Assembly (NCBI GenBank): GCA_036406675.1
Contig: DASXAO010000138.1
Location: 6,851 to 70,850, forward strand
DNA length: 64,000 nucleotides
From: Burkholderiales bacterium
GTDB taxonomy: Bacteria; Pseudomonadota; Gammaproteobacteria; Burkholderiales; SG8-39
Direction of reading: 5' to 3'
Part shown: positions 38,184 through 51,579 of the stretch, piece after piece
Layout: each line of letters starts with the position of its first letter
Position numbering within the stretch: the first letter of the stretch is position 1
The notes under the pieces: generated by a model
Seen by the model: only the letters and a program-made list of their open reading frames with translations
Told to the model about the DNA's origin: nothing
Database searches by the model: none
Position numbers and translations under genes: made by a program

Positions 38184-38882
38184 CTACTCTAGAAGCTCGC
38201 GCTCGACGTCTTCGATTCTGGTGTGCCGCACATCGCGGCCCTTCACCATGTAGACCACGTACTCGGCCATGTTCTTGGCATGGTCGCCGATGCGCTCGAC
38301 CGCCTTGGCGATGAACAGGATCTCGAGCGAGCGGGTGATGGTGCGCGGGTCTTCCATCATGAAGGTGATGAGCTGGCGCATGATGGCGCGGAACTCGTCG
38401 TCCACCGCCTCGTCCTGCTTCACCACGCGCATCGCCTCGGAGACGTCGAGGCGCGCGAACGCGTCGAGCGACTGGCGCAGCATCGCGGTGGCGCGGTCGG
38501 CGACGTGCGACAGGTCCAGGCGCGGCATGTGCTGGCGGTCCGCGGTGTGGATGAGCTTCGCCATGCGCGCGATCTTCTGCGCCTCGTCGCCGATGCGCTC
38601 GAGATCGGTGATGGTCTTGATCACCGCGACCAGCAGGCGCAGGTCGCCCGCCGCCGGCTGGCGCCGCGCGATGATGTGGCTGCAGGCCTCGTCGAGCTCG
38701 ACCTCGATGGCGTTGACCCGGTGGTCCTCGCCGATCACCTTGTCGATGAGCTCCATGTTGCCGGAGATCAGGCTCTCCATCGCGCGGGTGATCTGCTCCT
38801 CCACCATGCCGCCCATCTGCAGCACGCGTGAGCGGACTCGCTCGAGCTCGGCGTCGAACTGCTTTGACGTGTGTTCAGCCAT
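38184..38882 (-). CDS. phoU: phosphate signalling complex protein PhoU
   Basis: 232 aa with two PhoU repeats (ERIGDEAQKIARMA and ERIGDHAKNMAEYV). Confidence 0.9.
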   Translation of the reverse strand: MAEHTSKQFDAELERVRSRVLQMGGMVEEQITRAMESLISGNMELIDKVIGEDHRVNAIEVELDEACSHIIARRQPAAGDLRLLVAVIKTITDLERIGDEAQKIARMAKLIHTADRQHMPRLDLSHVADRATAMLRQSLDAFARLDVSEAMRVVKQDEAVDDEFRAIMRQLITFMMEDPRTITRSLEILFIAKAVERIGDHAKNMAEYVVYMVKGRDVRHTRIEDVERELLE

Positions 38883-38918
38883 GACCGGCCAGCCTATCAG
38901 CCCAGGATGACCGAAATG

Positions 38919-39809
38919 TTACGCCTTATCGGCGGCCATCGCCTTGAGCCGCGGCACCAGCCAATCGACGAAGCCGCGCACGTTCGACGAGAGTAGCCGC
39001 GCGTGCGGGTAGATCGCTTGGATCGGCAGGGGCGCCGGCTCGAACTCGCGCAGCACGCGCTTGAGCCTGCCTTCGGCCAGCAGCGCCTGCGCCTGATAGC
39101 CGAGGAACTGCCCGATGCCGACTCCACGAGTGCAGGCTTCGAGCGCCGCCTCGACCTGGTTGGTGGCGAAGACGCCGTTCACCTTGCATGTTCCCCCGGC
39201 GAAAAGCCATTCCCGTCCTGAGGCGAGACCGTTGAAGTTGACGCAGCGCTGCCTGGCGAGGTCGGCCGGCGACTTGGGAATGCCGGCGCGCTTCAGGTAC
39301 GCCGGGCTCGCGCATACCACGCGGCGCGTTTCGCCGACCGGGATCGCAACCAGCGAGGAATCGGGCAGCTTGCCGATCCGCACGCCCAGGTCGATGCCCT
39401 CCTCCACGAGATCAACCATGCGGTCGAGGAGCAACAAGTCCACCTGAACCGCGGGATGCCTGGCGATGAATTCCGTCGCGGCCGGAGCAACGTGCAGCCG
39501 CCCGAACAGCACGGGAGCCGTTATGCGCAGCCTCCCCTTCGGCGCCATCCGGCGCGCTGAAAGCGCCGCCTCGGCTTCGTCCACGTCGGCCAGCACACGC
39601 TTGCAGCGCTCGTAGTATTCGCGCCCCTCGTCCGTGAGCGCGATGCGCCGGGTCGTGCGGTTCAGCAGGCGGACGTCCAACTCGGTCTCGAGCGCGGCAA
39701 GCGAGCGAACCACCGAGGGCAGCGACGCATTCAGGGCATCCGCCGCGACGGTGAGACTGCCGCCCTCGACGATGCGGACGAAAGTCGCCATGGCGCGGAG
39801 CTTGTCCAT
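38919..39809 (-). CDS. LysR family transcriptional regulator
   Basis: 296 aa with an N-terminal HTH (FVRIVEGGSLTVAADALNASLPSVVRSLAALE) and a LysR substrate-binding domain. Confidence 0.88.
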   Translation of the reverse strand: MDKLRAMATFVRIVEGGSLTVAADALNASLPSVVRSLAALETELDVRLLNRTTRRIALTDEGREYYERCKRVLADVDEAEAALSARRMAPKGRLRITAPVLFGRLHVAPAATEFIARHPAVQVDLLLLDRMVDLVEEGIDLGVRIGKLPDSSLVAIPVGETRRVVCASPAYLKRAGIPKSPADLARQRCVNFNGLASGREWLFAGGTCKVNGVFATNQVEAALEACTRGVGIGQFLGYQAQALLAEGRLKRVLREFEPAPLPIQAIYPHARLLSSNVRGFVDWLVPRLKAMAADKA

Positions 39810-39893
39810 CCGGCGATATTAGTTCATTGGACGCAATAATCTACTGCATCGGCCTGCATTTATTTCAGCGCGCTCGGCGCCCACACTGCCGGC

Positions 39894-40445
39894 ATGGGTC
39901 GCCGTTTCGCCGAAATTGCCTTCACCGCCGGAGTGCAGCGGCAACAGGAGCGTCACGGTTCACGCGCGCAATACGCCCGGGCGCAGGAGCGCGGCGGCGA
40001 CGACGCAGCGCTCGGCGCGCAGGAGGCGGCGTTTCTTTCGCGCACGGACGGTTTCTACATCGCGACCGTCAGCGAGAACGGGTGGCCGTACGTGCAGCAC
40101 CGCGGCGGGCCGCGCGGCTTCCTGCGCGTGCTGTCTCCTTCGCGAATCGGCTTCGCCGATTTTCGAGGCAACCGGCAGTACCTCAGCGTCGGCAACGCGG
40201 CAAACAGCGATCGCGCCGCCATCATCGTCATGGACTACGCCCATCCGCGCAGGCTCAAGCTGCTGGGCCACCTGCGTTTCGTCGATATCGCGGAGGCGGA
40301 GCCCGCGCTGGTGCGCGCGTTGCACCTGCCGGGCTATCCGGCGAAGGTCGAACGCATTGCGCTCGTCGACGTCGTCGGCTTCGATTGGAATTGTCCGCAG
40401 CACATCACGCGGCGCTTCACGCCGGACGAGCTCCCGCTGGTCTAG
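39894..40445 (+). CDS. pyridoxamine 5'-phosphate oxidase-like FMN-binding protein
   Basis: 183 aa. FYIATVSENGWPYVQHRGGPRGFLRV...FADFRGNRQY is typical of the PNPOx-like split-barrel family. It is divergent from the LysR gene. Confidence 0.7.
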   Translation: MGRRFAEIAFTAGVQRQQERHGSRAQYARAQERGGDDAALGAQEAAFLSRTDGFYIATVSENGWPYVQHRGGPRGFLRVLSPSRIGFADFRGNRQYLSVGNAANSDRAAIIVMDYAHPRRLKLLGHLRFVDIAEAEPALVRALHLPGYPAKVERIALVDVVGFDWNCPQHITRRFTPDELPLV

Positions 40446-40461
40446 ACACAGGAGACCACAA

Positions 40462-41244
40462 ATGTTCTCGATGGCCTCGGGGTACGAGCAATACATGGGG
40501 CGGTGGAGCCGCTTGCTCGCACCCGACTTCGTCACGTTCAGCGGCGTTCGGGATGGTGAGCGCATTCTGGATGTCGGCACGGGCACTGGCGCGCTCGCCA
40601 CGGCGCTGGAAGAAGCGACGCGCACCAGCGAAATCGCCGGCGTCGATCCGTCCGCGGGCTTCATCGAGCACGCGAAGAAGAACGCGGTCTCCGGGCGCGT
40701 GCGCTTTGAAGTCGGAGATGCGCAGGCTTTGCCTTATGGCGATGCGTCGTTCGACCATGCCATGGCCCTGCTCGTGATCAATTTCGTCCCGGACCACGCG
40801 AAGGCGCTTCGCGAGATGCGGCGCGTGACCCGACCAAGCGGCGTCGTCAGCGCCTGTGTGTGGGATTACGGCGCAGGAATGGAAAGCCTTCGCATCTTCT
40901 GGGACGAGGCGGTCGCCCTCGATCCGGCCGCCGCACCGAGGCACGAGCGGAACATGAAGCTGGCACGCGAGGGAGAACTCGGCGCGCTCTGGAAGGGGTC
41001 CGGCCTGGCCAACGTGCGGGAGACGGCTTTGGTGATCGAGCAGGCCTTTTCTTCGTTCGACGACTACTGGGCGCCCTTCCTGAACGGAACCGGTCCCGGG
41101 GGCGCGTACGTGGCGTCGCTACCCGAGGAGAGGCGCCGCCGACTCGAGGCACGGCTGCGCGGCCGTTTGCTCGGCAGCCGCCCGGACGGCAGGTTCGCAC
41201 TGCAGGCGCGCGCTTGGTGCGTGCGCGGCGAACTCACGCCTTAG
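40462..41244 (+). CDS. class I SAM-dependent methyltransferase
   Basis: The ATG at 40462 is preceded by AGGAGA and gives 260 aa. Motif I is [12 protein letters not shown]. Confidence 0.8.
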   Translation: MFSMASGYEQYMGRWSRLLAPDFVTFSGVRDGERILDVGTGTGALATALEEATRTSEIAGVDPSAGFIEHAKKNAVSGRVRFEVGDAQALPYGDASFDHAMALLVINFVPDHAKALREMRRVTRPSGVVSACVWDYGAGMESLRIFWDEAVALDPAAAPRHERNMKLAREGELGALWKGSGLANVRETALVIEQAFSSFDDYWAPFLNGTGPGGAYVASLPEERRRRLEARLRGRLLGSRPDGRFALQARAWCVRGELTP

Positions 41245-41899
41245 CGCGGATCGTCCTTACTCCCGTGGTTTCTCCGAGCAACAGGAGGTCGGCCGGCCGC
41301 AGTGCGAAAAGCCCGTTGGTCACCAGGCCGGCAAGGTTGTTGAGATCGCGCTCCAGCTCGGGCGGGTTGAGGATCGTCATGCCGTGGCAATCGAGCACGA
41401 TGTTGCCGTTGTCGGTCGTGAAGCCCTGGCGCAGCTCGGGATGACCGCCGAGCCTGACGATCGCCCGGCCGACGTGGCCGCGCGCCATCGGGATCACCTC
41501 GAGCGGCAACGGAAACTTGCCGAGCACCGGCACCAGCTTCGAAGCGTCGCAGATACAGACGAAGCTGTCCGCGACCGCGGCGACGATCTTTTCTCTCGTC
41601 AGCGCGCCGCCGCCGCCCTTGATCATGTGCAGGTGCTCGGTGACCTCGTCGGCGCCGTCGACGTACACCGGCAGCTCGTTCACGCTGTTCAGGTCGAATA
41701 CCCGGATGCCGTGTGATTTCAGCCGCTGCGCGCTCGCCTCCGAGGCGGCGACCGCGCCCTCGATGCGGCCTTTGATGGTGGCGAGCGCATCGATGAAGAA
41801 GTTGACCGTCGAGCCGGACCCTACTCCGACGACCTTGTCTTCCACGACGTATTTCAGCGCCGCATGCGCGACGGCTTTCTTCAGGTCGTTTTGGTTCAC
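41234..41899 (-). CDS. rpiA: ribose-5-phosphate isomerase A
   Basis: 221 aa with a GTG start. Motifs are GVGSGSTV and DGADEV. Its GTGA overlaps the lpdA stop. Confidence 0.9.
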   Translation of the reverse strand: MNQNDLKKAVAHAALKYVVEDKVVGVGSGSTVNFFIDALATIKGRIEGAVAASEASAQRLKSHGIRVFDLNSVNELPVYVDGADEVTEHLHMIKGGGGALTREKIVAAVADSFVCICDASKLVPVLGKFPLPLEVIPMARGHVGRAIVRLGGHPELRQGFTTDNGNIVLDCHGMTILNPPELERDLNNLAGLVTNGLFALRPADLLLLGETTGVRTIRAKA

Positions 41900-43614
41900 T
41901 TCTTTCTTTGCGGCGGGAGGTCGGTGCAGACGCCCTCGAACGCTTCGGCCGCCATGCCGACCGATTCACCGAGCGTCGGATGGGGATGGATCGTCTTGCC
42001 GATGTCGGTGGCGTCGGCGCCCATTTCGACGGCGAGCGCGAGCTCGCTGATGAGATCGCCCGCGCCGGTGCCGACGATGCCGCCGCCGAGGATGCGGTGG
42101 CTGTCGGCGTCGAAAATGAGCTTGGTGAAGCCTTCGTCGCGCGCGTTCGCGATGGCGCGGCCGGACGCGGCCCAGGGGAACTTGGCCACGCCGACCTTGG
42201 TGCCGTTCTTTTTCGCCTCGTCCTCCGTCAGGCCGACCCAGGCGATCTCCGGGTCGGTGAAGGCGACCGACGGGATGACGCGCGCGTCGAAGTGCGATTT
42301 CTGGCCCGCCGCAGCCTCGGCGGCCACGTGCCCCTCGTGCACCGCCTTGTGCGCGAGCATCGGGTTCCTGGTGATGTCGCCGATGGCGTAGATGTGCGCC
42401 ACATTGGTTCGCATTTGACTGTCAGAAGGAACAAAACCCTTATCTGTAACTTCGACGCCGGCCTTCTCCGCGCCGATGCGCTTCCCGTTCGGAACGCGGC
42501 CGACCGAGACCAGGACCATGTCGTAGGTCTTCGCCTCCGCGCCCTCGAAAGAAACCTTGAGGCCGTCCTTCGCCGCCTCGACCTTGGTGGTCTTCGCCTT
42601 CAGCATGATCCGGTCGAAGCGCGGCGCGTTCACCTTCTGCCAGACGGCGACGAGGTCGCGGTCGGCGCCGAGCATGAGCGCGTCCATCATCTCCACCACG
42701 TCGAGGCGCGCGCCGAGGGTCGAGTACACCGTGCCCATCTCGAGCCCTATGATGCCGCCGCCGATCACCAGCAGCTTCTTCGGCACGCCCTTCAGCTCGA
42801 GCGCGCCGGTGGAGTCGACGATGCGCGGATCATCGGGCAGGAAGGGTAGCTTCGCCGCCTGCGAGCCCGCGGCGACGATCGCCGACGCGAAGCGCACCGT
42901 CTTCCTGCCTTCCTTCGTCTCCACGACCATGTGGTGGGGGTCGGAGAAGCTCCCCACGCCGGTGAGCACCGTGACCTTGCGCAGCTTCGCCATCGAGGCA
43001 AGGCCGCCGGTCAGCCTGCCGACCACCTTGTTCTTGAACTCGCGCAGCTTCGCGAGATCGAGCTTGGGCTCGCCGAACGCGACGCCGTGCGAAGCGAGCG
43101 CCTTGGCTGCATCGATGACGGCGGCGGTGTGCAGCAGCGCCTTGGATGGAATGCAGCCGACGTTGAGGCACACGCCGCCGAGCGTCGGGTAGCGCTCGAC
43201 CAGCACGGTCTTGAGCCCGAGGTCGGCGGCGCGGAACGCCGCGGAGTAGCCGCCAGGCCCGGCGCCGAGCACCACCACGTCGCATTCGACGTCGGCGCCG
43301 GTCGAAGGCGCGGGCGCCGCGGGCCTCGGCGCTTCCGGCAGCTTTGGCGGGGTTGGAGCTTCGGCTTTCGCTTCCTGGCCTTCCAGCAGCAGGATCGGCG
43401 AACCCTGCGAGACCTTGTCGCCCACCTTGATGCGGAGCTCCTTCACCACGCCTGCGCCTGGCGACGGAATCTCCATCGTCGCCTTGTCCGACTCGAGGGT
43501 AATGAGCGACTGCTCCTTGGAGACGGCGTCGCCGGGCTTCACCAGCACTTCGATGACTTCGACGTTCTTGAAATCCCCGATGTCGGGGACCCTGACCTCG
43601 GTGCCGGCGGCCAT
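41896..43614 (-). CDS. lpdA: dihydrolipoyl dehydrogenase (E3) with N-terminal lipoyl domain
   Basis: 572 aa. The N-terminal ~78 aa form a lipoyl domain ([11 protein letters not shown]). It has the FAD motif GAGPGGY and the redox disulfide [13 protein letters not shown]. Confidence 0.92.
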   Translation of the reverse strand: MAAGTEVRVPDIGDFKNVEVIEVLVKPGDAVSKEQSLITLESDKATMEIPSPGAGVVKELRIKVGDKVSQGSPILLLEGQEAKAEAPTPPKLPEAPRPAAPAPSTGADVECDVVVLGAGPGGYSAAFRAADLGLKTVLVERYPTLGGVCLNVGCIPSKALLHTAAVIDAAKALASHGVAFGEPKLDLAKLREFKNKVVGRLTGGLASMAKLRKVTVLTGVGSFSDPHHMVVETKEGRKTVRFASAIVAAGSQAAKLPFLPDDPRIVDSTGALELKGVPKKLLVIGGGIIGLEMGTVYSTLGARLDVVEMMDALMLGADRDLVAVWQKVNAPRFDRIMLKAKTTKVEAAKDGLKVSFEGAEAKTYDMVLVSVGRVPNGKRIGAEKAGVEVTDKGFVPSDSQMRTNVAHIYAIGDITRNPMLAHKAVHEGHVAAEAAAGQKSHFDARVIPSVAFTDPEIAWVGLTEDEAKKNGTKVGVAKFPWAASGRAIANARDEGFTKLIFDADSHRILGGGIVGTGAGDLISELALAVEMGADATDIGKTIHPHPTLGESVGMAAEAFEGVCTDLPPQRKK

Positions 43615-45252
43615 CTAGAGGATGAGCTTGCGGATGTCGGACAGCACCGAAACGAGGAAGCCCGAGAAGCGCGCGGCAGTGGCGCCGTCGATCACGCGGT
43701 GATCGTAGGAAAGCGAAAGCGGAAGCATCAGCCGGGCCTTGAAGAGATCTTCGCCCTTCTCGCCCTTCCCCGAGAACACCGGCTTCAAGACGGAACGGGA
43801 AACCCCGAGGATTGCGACCTCCGGCGCGTTGATGATCGGCGTGAACGCGGTGCCGCTGATGCCGCCAAGGCTCGAGATCGAGAACGTGCCGCCCTGCATG
43901 TCGCCCGGCTTGAGCTTGCCGTCGCGCGCGAGCTTGCTGATCTCGGAGAGCTCCTGCGCGAGGTCGAACACGCCCTTGCGGTCGGCGTCGCGCACCACCG
44001 GCACCACCAGCCCCCCGGGCGTGTCGACCGCCACGCCCACGTGGTAGTACTTCTTGATGACGACGTTCTCGCCCGACTTGTCGAGCGAGGAGTTGAACAC
44101 CGGGAACTGCCGCAGCGCGGTGACGCAGGCCTTGATCATGAAGGCGAGCATCGTCAGCTTGAAGCCCTTCTTCTCGGTCTCGGCGGTCTGCGCCTTGCGG
44201 AAGGCCTCGAGATCGGTGATGTCGGCTTCGTCGAACTGCGTGACGTGCGGAATCGAGATCCAGTTGCGGTGCAGGTACGGGCCCGACAGCTTCTGGATGC
44301 GCGAGAGCGGCTTCGTCTCCACCGGCCCGAACTTGGCGAAGTCCACGTCCGGCCATGCCGGCAGGTTGAAAGGCAGCGCGCCGCCCGCTTTTGCACTGAC
44401 CTGAGTCGGTGCTTTCGAGAGGGCGCCCTTCACGAACGCCTGCACATCGGTGTGCACGATGCGGCCCTTGGGTCCGCTGCCCTGCACCTGATGCAGGTCG
44501 ACCCCGAGCTCGCGAGCGAACTTGCGCACCGAAGGGCTGGCGTGCGGCTTCGCGCCGACTTCCTCCTGCGGCTCTCGCGGCACCGGCCGCGGCGCGGGCG
44601 CAGCCGCCGGCGCACTCGCCACGGGCCTGGAAGGCGCCTGGGCAGGCGCGGCCGCCGCAGAAGGCGACTTCGCGGGCGCGGCCGGCGCCGCGCCTGCAGA
44701 AGCGGAGAGAACGAGGATGGCTGCGCCCTTCGACACCTTGTCGCCCACCTTGATCTTCAGCTCGCGCACCACGCCGGCGGTGGGCGACGGAATCTCCATC
44801 GTCGCCTTGTCGGATTCGAGGGTGATGAGCGACTGCTCCTTCGCCACCGCATCGCCCGGCTTCACCAGCACCTCGATGACCTCGACCTCCTTGAAGTCGC
44901 CGATATCGGGCACCGGCACCGTGGTGGAGCTGCCGTCGCCCGTGGGCCTCGCTTCCTGCCTGGGCTCCTTCTTCGGCTCGGGCTTTTGCTCGGCCTTCGG
45001 CTGCGGCCTGGAAGACTCGTCCTTCGCCTCGAGCTCGAGGATGGGGGAGCCCTTCGACACCTTGTCGCCCATCTTGATCTTGATCTCGCGCACCACGCCG
45101 GCGGAGGGCGAGGGGATCTCCATCGTCGCCTTGTCGGACTCGAGCGTGATGAGCGACTGCTCCTTGGTCACGGCGTCCCCGGGCTTGACCAGCACCTCGA
45201 TGACGGCGACGTCCTTGAAATCTCCGATGTCCGGGACCACGACCTGGGTCAT
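43615..45252 (-). CDS. aceF: pyruvate dehydrogenase E2, dihydrolipoyllysine-residue acetyltransferase (two lipoyl domains)
   Basis: 545 aa with two [11 protein letters not shown] lipoyl domains, a peripheral subunit-binding domain and the catalytic motif DHRVIDG. Its TAG stop directly abuts the lpdA ATG. Confidence 0.92.
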   Translation of the reverse strand: MTQVVVPDIGDFKDVAVIEVLVKPGDAVTKEQSLITLESDKATMEIPSPSAGVVREIKIKMGDKVSKGSPILELEAKDESSRPQPKAEQKPEPKKEPRQEARPTGDGSSTTVPVPDIGDFKEVEVIEVLVKPGDAVAKEQSLITLESDKATMEIPSPTAGVVRELKIKVGDKVSKGAAILVLSASAGAAPAAPAKSPSAAAAPAQAPSRPVASAPAAAPAPRPVPREPQEEVGAKPHASPSVRKFARELGVDLHQVQGSGPKGRIVHTDVQAFVKGALSKAPTQVSAKAGGALPFNLPAWPDVDFAKFGPVETKPLSRIQKLSGPYLHRNWISIPHVTQFDEADITDLEAFRKAQTAETEKKGFKLTMLAFMIKACVTALRQFPVFNSSLDKSGENVVIKKYYHVGVAVDTPGGLVVPVVRDADRKGVFDLAQELSEISKLARDGKLKPGDMQGGTFSISSLGGISGTAFTPIINAPEVAILGVSRSVLKPVFSGKGEKGEDLFKARLMLPLSLSYDHRVIDGATAARFSGFLVSVLSDIRKLIL

Positions 45253-45261
45253 GAGGCGCTT

Positions 45262-47949
<2,688 letters not shown>

Positions 47950-48073
47950 GGTTCGGTTTCCGTGTGTTACGGGTTCTGCATGAAATCCGGTGCAAATCTG
48001 CTGCTGATCTGCTGCAGGGGGGCGCGATTAGCTTAACCAGAAAATGGGCCCAATGCTAGACTGCGCCGCCCCC

Positions 48074-48919
48074 ATGACGGCCAGGATCCTCGACGGAAAA
48101 TCCCTCGCCGCGGCCACGCGCACCGCGCTGAAGCAGAAAGTCGAAGCGCTTGTGCAGCGCGGGGTGCGGCCCGGCCTCGGCGTGGTCATCGCCGGCGACA
48201 ACCCGGCCTCCAAGGTCTACGTGAGGAACAAGACGCTCGCCGCCGAAGAAATCGGCGTGCGCTCGCAGCTCATCGAGTTGCCCGGCAGCATTGGCGGGAA
48301 AGACCTTCTAGAGCGCGTGGCGGCGCTGAACGCCGACCGCACGGTGCACGGGATCCTGGTGCAGCTCCCGCTCCCGAAGCACATCGACGCCTCGAGCGTT
48401 CTCGAATCGATCGCGCCGGCCAAGGACGTCGACGGGTTTCATGAAGCCAACCTCGGCGCGCTGATCGCCGGCCGGCCCCGCGTGGTGCCGTGCACGCCGC
48501 TTGGCTGCATGCGCCTGATCGAGCACGCCGGCGTGCAAGTCGCAGGCCGGCACGCCGTGGTCGTCGGCCGCTCGAACATCGTCGGCAAGCCGCTCGCCCA
48601 CCTGCTCTTGCAAAAGGACGCGACCGTCACCATCTGCCACTCGAAGAGCGCGGACCTCGGCGGCATTTGCAGGAGCGCCGATCTCCTGGTCGCCGCGGTC
48701 GGGCGGCCAAAACTCATCGGCGCGGACATGGTCAAACCGGGTGCCTGCGTCATCGACGTCGGCGTCAACCGGCTGCCCGACGGCAAGCTCGCCGGCGACG
48801 TCGACTTCGATGCCGTCAAAAGCGTCGCCGGCTGGATTACCCCGGTTCCCGGCGGGGTCGGCCCGATGACCATCGCCATGCTGCTGGAGAACTGCATCCG
48901 TGCCGCTTCCAAGGAATGA
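48074..48919 (+). CDS. folD: bifunctional methylenetetrahydrofolate dehydrogenase/cyclohydrolase
   Basis: MTARILDGKSLAA... aligns with FolD N-termini. ATGs at 48044 and 48053 are alternatives. Its stop lies within the ATGA of prlC. Confidence 0.88.
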   Translation: MTARILDGKSLAAATRTALKQKVEALVQRGVRPGLGVVIAGDNPASKVYVRNKTLAAEEIGVRSQLIELPGSIGGKDLLERVAALNADRTVHGILVQLPLPKHIDASSVLESIAPAKDVDGFHEANLGALIAGRPRVVPCTPLGCMRLIEHAGVQVAGRHAVVVGRSNIVGKPLAHLLLQKDATVTICHSKSADLGGICRSADLLVAAVGRPKLIGADMVKPGACVIDVGVNRLPDGKLAGDVDFDAVKSVAGWITPVPGGVGPMTIAMLLENCIRAASKE

Positions 48920-51000
48920 ATCCACTACTTGACTTCGCGGGCCTGCCCCGCTTCGATGAGATCAAGCCCGAGCACGTCGCCCCCGCCATGGACGAGTTGC
49001 TCGGCGCCGGCCGCGCCGCGGTCGAAGCGGCGCTGCAGGCGCGCCCCACGTGGGAGGAGTTCGTCGCGCCGCTCGAGGACGCGAACGAGCGCCTGGGCCG
49101 CGCCTGGGGCCAGGTCGCGCACCTGCACGCGGTGATGGACAGCCCGCCGCTGCGCGAGGCCTACAACGCCGCCCTGCCGAAGGTCTCGCAATACTGGACC
49201 GAGCTCGGACAGAACCTGCAGCTTTTCCAGAAGTACAAGGAGCTCGCGCGCTCGGCGCAGTTCGCCGTCCTTGCGCCTGCCCGCAGGAAGATCGTCGAGA
49301 ACGCGCTGCGCGACTTCCGCCTCGGCGGCGCCGAGCTGCCGCTCGAGAAAAAGCAGCGCTACGCCGAGATCCAGGAAGAGCTGGCCAGGCTGTCGGCCAA
49401 GTTTTCCGAAAACGTGCTCGATGCCACCAACGCGTTCTCGCTCGTGGTGGAGGACGAAAAGCGTTTGAGCGGAATTCCCGCCGACATTCTCCAGGCAGCG
49501 CGCGAGGCGGCGGACAAGGATGAAAAGCAGTCGGGCGGCAAGCCCAAGTGGAAGTTCACGCTGCACATGCCGTCGTACCTGCCGGTGATGCAGTACGCGG
49601 AGGACCGGGCGCTGCGCGAGGAGCTCTACCGAGCGAGCGCCACGCGCGCCTCCGAGTTCGGCCGGCCCGAGTGGGACAACACTGCGCTCATCGCACGCAT
49701 CGTCGAGCTGCGCCGCGAGCTCGCCGGCCTGCTCGGCTACGCCAGCTACGCCGAAGTCTCGCTCGAGCCGAAAATGGCGCACTCGCCGGCGGAGGTGCTG
49801 GGATTCCTCGACGACCTCGCCCGCCATGCGCGGCCTTTCGCCGAAAACGACGCGGCGGAGCTTCGATCCTTTGCCAAATCCGAGCTGGGCGTCGAGGATC
49901 TCGCCGCGTGGGACGTGCCGTACGCTTCGGAGAAACTGCGCCTCAAGCGCTACGCCTTTTCGGACCAGGAAGTAAAGCAGTACTTTCCGGAAGAGGTGGT
50001 ACTGCAGGGACTGTTCCGCGTCGCCCAGGCGCTCTACCAGATCAGCATCACGCCCTCGAAGGCGCCGGTCTGGCACGAGGACGTGCGCTTCTTCGAGATC
50101 CGCGACGCCGCGGGGGCGGCCCCCAATGCGGTCATCGGCCACTTCTACATGGACCTCCATGCCCGCGACACCAAGCGCGGCGGCGCCTGGATGGACGACG
50201 CGATCACGCGGCGGCGCAAGGGCGGCGAGATCCAGACGCCGGTGGCGCACCTCAACTGCAATTTCTCGCGGGCGGTCGGCGGAAAGCCGCCGCTGTTCAC
50301 CCACGACGAGGTGCTCACGCTGTTCCACGAGTTCGGGCACGGGCTGCACCACCTGCTCACGCGCGTCGAGGACCTCGGCGTTTCCGGCATCAACGGCGTG
50401 GAATGGGACGCAGTCGAGCTTCCCAGCCAGTTCATGGAGAACTTTGCCTGGGAGTGGGACGTGCTGCGCCACATGACGCGGCACGCCGATACGGGCGCGC
50501 CGCTGCCGCGCGAGCTGTTCGACAAGATGATCGCGGCGAAGAACTTCCAGAGCGGTCTCGCGATGCTGCGCCAGATCGAGTTCTCCGTGTTCGACATGCG
50601 CCTGCATTCCGAGTTTGACCCGACCTCCGGTCGAAGCGATCCCGCGTCGGCGCGAACCGCGCAGGAGCTGCTCGAGCAGGTGCGCGATCGCATCGCCGTG
50701 CTCAAGCCGCCCGCGTACAACCGCTTCGCGAACAGCTTCTCCCACATCTTCGCGGGCGGCTACGCCGCCGGCTACTACAGCTACAAGTGGGCCGAGGTGC
50801 TCTCGGCGGACGCCTACTCCCTGTTTGAAGAAATGCGCGACTCAAACGGCACCGTGAACTCGCGCGCCGGGCAGCGCTTCCGCGACGAGATCCTGGCCGT
50901 CGGCGGCAGCCGGCCGGCGGCCGAATCGTTCCGCGCCTTCCGCGGGCGCGAGCCGCGCGTCGATGCGCTGCTCAGGCACAATGGTATGATCGCCGCGTAG
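48916..51000 (+). CDS. prlC: M3 family metallopeptidase (oligopeptidase A)
   Basis: 694 aa from MNPLLDFAGLPRFDEIKPEHV with the zinc motif HEFGHGLHH. Confidence 0.9.
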   Translation: MNPLLDFAGLPRFDEIKPEHVAPAMDELLGAGRAAVEAALQARPTWEEFVAPLEDANERLGRAWGQVAHLHAVMDSPPLREAYNAALPKVSQYWTELGQNLQLFQKYKELARSAQFAVLAPARRKIVENALRDFRLGGAELPLEKKQRYAEIQEELARLSAKFSENVLDATNAFSLVVEDEKRLSGIPADILQAAREAADKDEKQSGGKPKWKFTLHMPSYLPVMQYAEDRALREELYRASATRASEFGRPEWDNTALIARIVELRRELAGLLGYASYAEVSLEPKMAHSPAEVLGFLDDLARHARPFAENDAAELRSFAKSELGVEDLAAWDVPYASEKLRLKRYAFSDQEVKQYFPEEVVLQGLFRVAQALYQISITPSKAPVWHEDVRFFEIRDAAGAAPNAVIGHFYMDLHARDTKRGGAWMDDAITRRRKGGEIQTPVAHLNCNFSRAVGGKPPLFTHDEVLTLFHEFGHGLHHLLTRVEDLGVSGINGVEWDAVELPSQFMENFAWEWDVLRHMTRHADTGAPLPRELFDKMIAAKNFQSGLAMLRQIEFSVFDMRLHSEFDPTSGRSDPASARTAQELLEQVRDRIAVLKPPAYNRFANSFSHIFAGGYAAGYYSYKWAEVLSADAYSLFEEMRDSNGTVNSRAGQRFRDEILAVGGSRPAAESFRAFRGREPRVDALLRHNGMIAA

Positions 51001-51005
51001 GATTC

Positions 51006-51569
51006 ATGAAGTTTCGCGCGCCCCTCGCGGTTCTGCTTTGCGCGGCCGCTTCCGCGGCGCTTGCGCAGCCGCTCTATCGCTGGACCGACGAAAAAGGGCG
51101 GGTGCACATCACCGATACGCCGCCGCCCGCCTCCGCGCGCAACGTGCAGAGAAAGAGCGGCGCCGGCAACGTCGCCGAAGCGCAGCAGGGCTTCGAGCTC
51201 AGCCAGGCGGTGCGAAATTTTCCGGTGACGCTCTATTCCGCGCCGTCGTGCAAGGAGTCTTGCACCGCGGCGCGCGCATTGCTCAACAAGCGCGGCGTGC
51301 CGTTCACGGAGGTGCAGGTCGCGGACGACGCCTCGCGCCAGGAGCTGAAGGCCGCTTCCGGCGGCGACCTCGTCCCCACGCTCGTGGTGGGCCGCAGCGT
51401 GCACAGCGGGTACTCGCCGGACGCGTACTCGGCGCTTCTCGACTCTGCGCGCTATCCCAAGCCGGGCGCGTCGCCGCCGCGGGCGCAGGCGGCGCCGCCG
51501 GATCCGGACGAGCCCAAGCCCGAACCCGCGCCGACCGGACCCTACGCGCCGAAGCCACGCGGCTATTAG
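51006..51569 (+). CDS. secreted DUF4124 / glutaredoxin-like fusion protein
   Basis: 187 aa with a signal peptide and a DUF4124-like segment ([19 protein letters not shown]). It also has a thioredoxin-fold segment ([32 protein letters not shown]...[14 protein letters not shown]) and a Pro-rich tail. Confidence 0.68.
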   Translation: MKFRAPLAVLLCAAASAALAQPLYRWTDEKGRVHITDTPPPASARNVQRKSGAGNVAEAQQGFELSQAVRNFPVTLYSAPSCKESCTAARALLNKRGVPFTEVQVADDASRQELKAASGGDLVPTLVVGRSVHSGYSPDAYSALLDSARYPKPGASPPRAQAAPPDPDEPKPEPAPTGPYAPKPRGY

Positions 51570-51579
51570 GCTCGGGCTT

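Noticed and set aside
39810-39893. LysR-type T-N11-A operator in the LysR / PNPOx-like divergent region (ATTAGTTCATTGGACGCAATAAT)
   Set aside because: The ends ATTA...TAAT are complementary but the interior is not. A T-N11-A pattern is too degenerate to call by eye.
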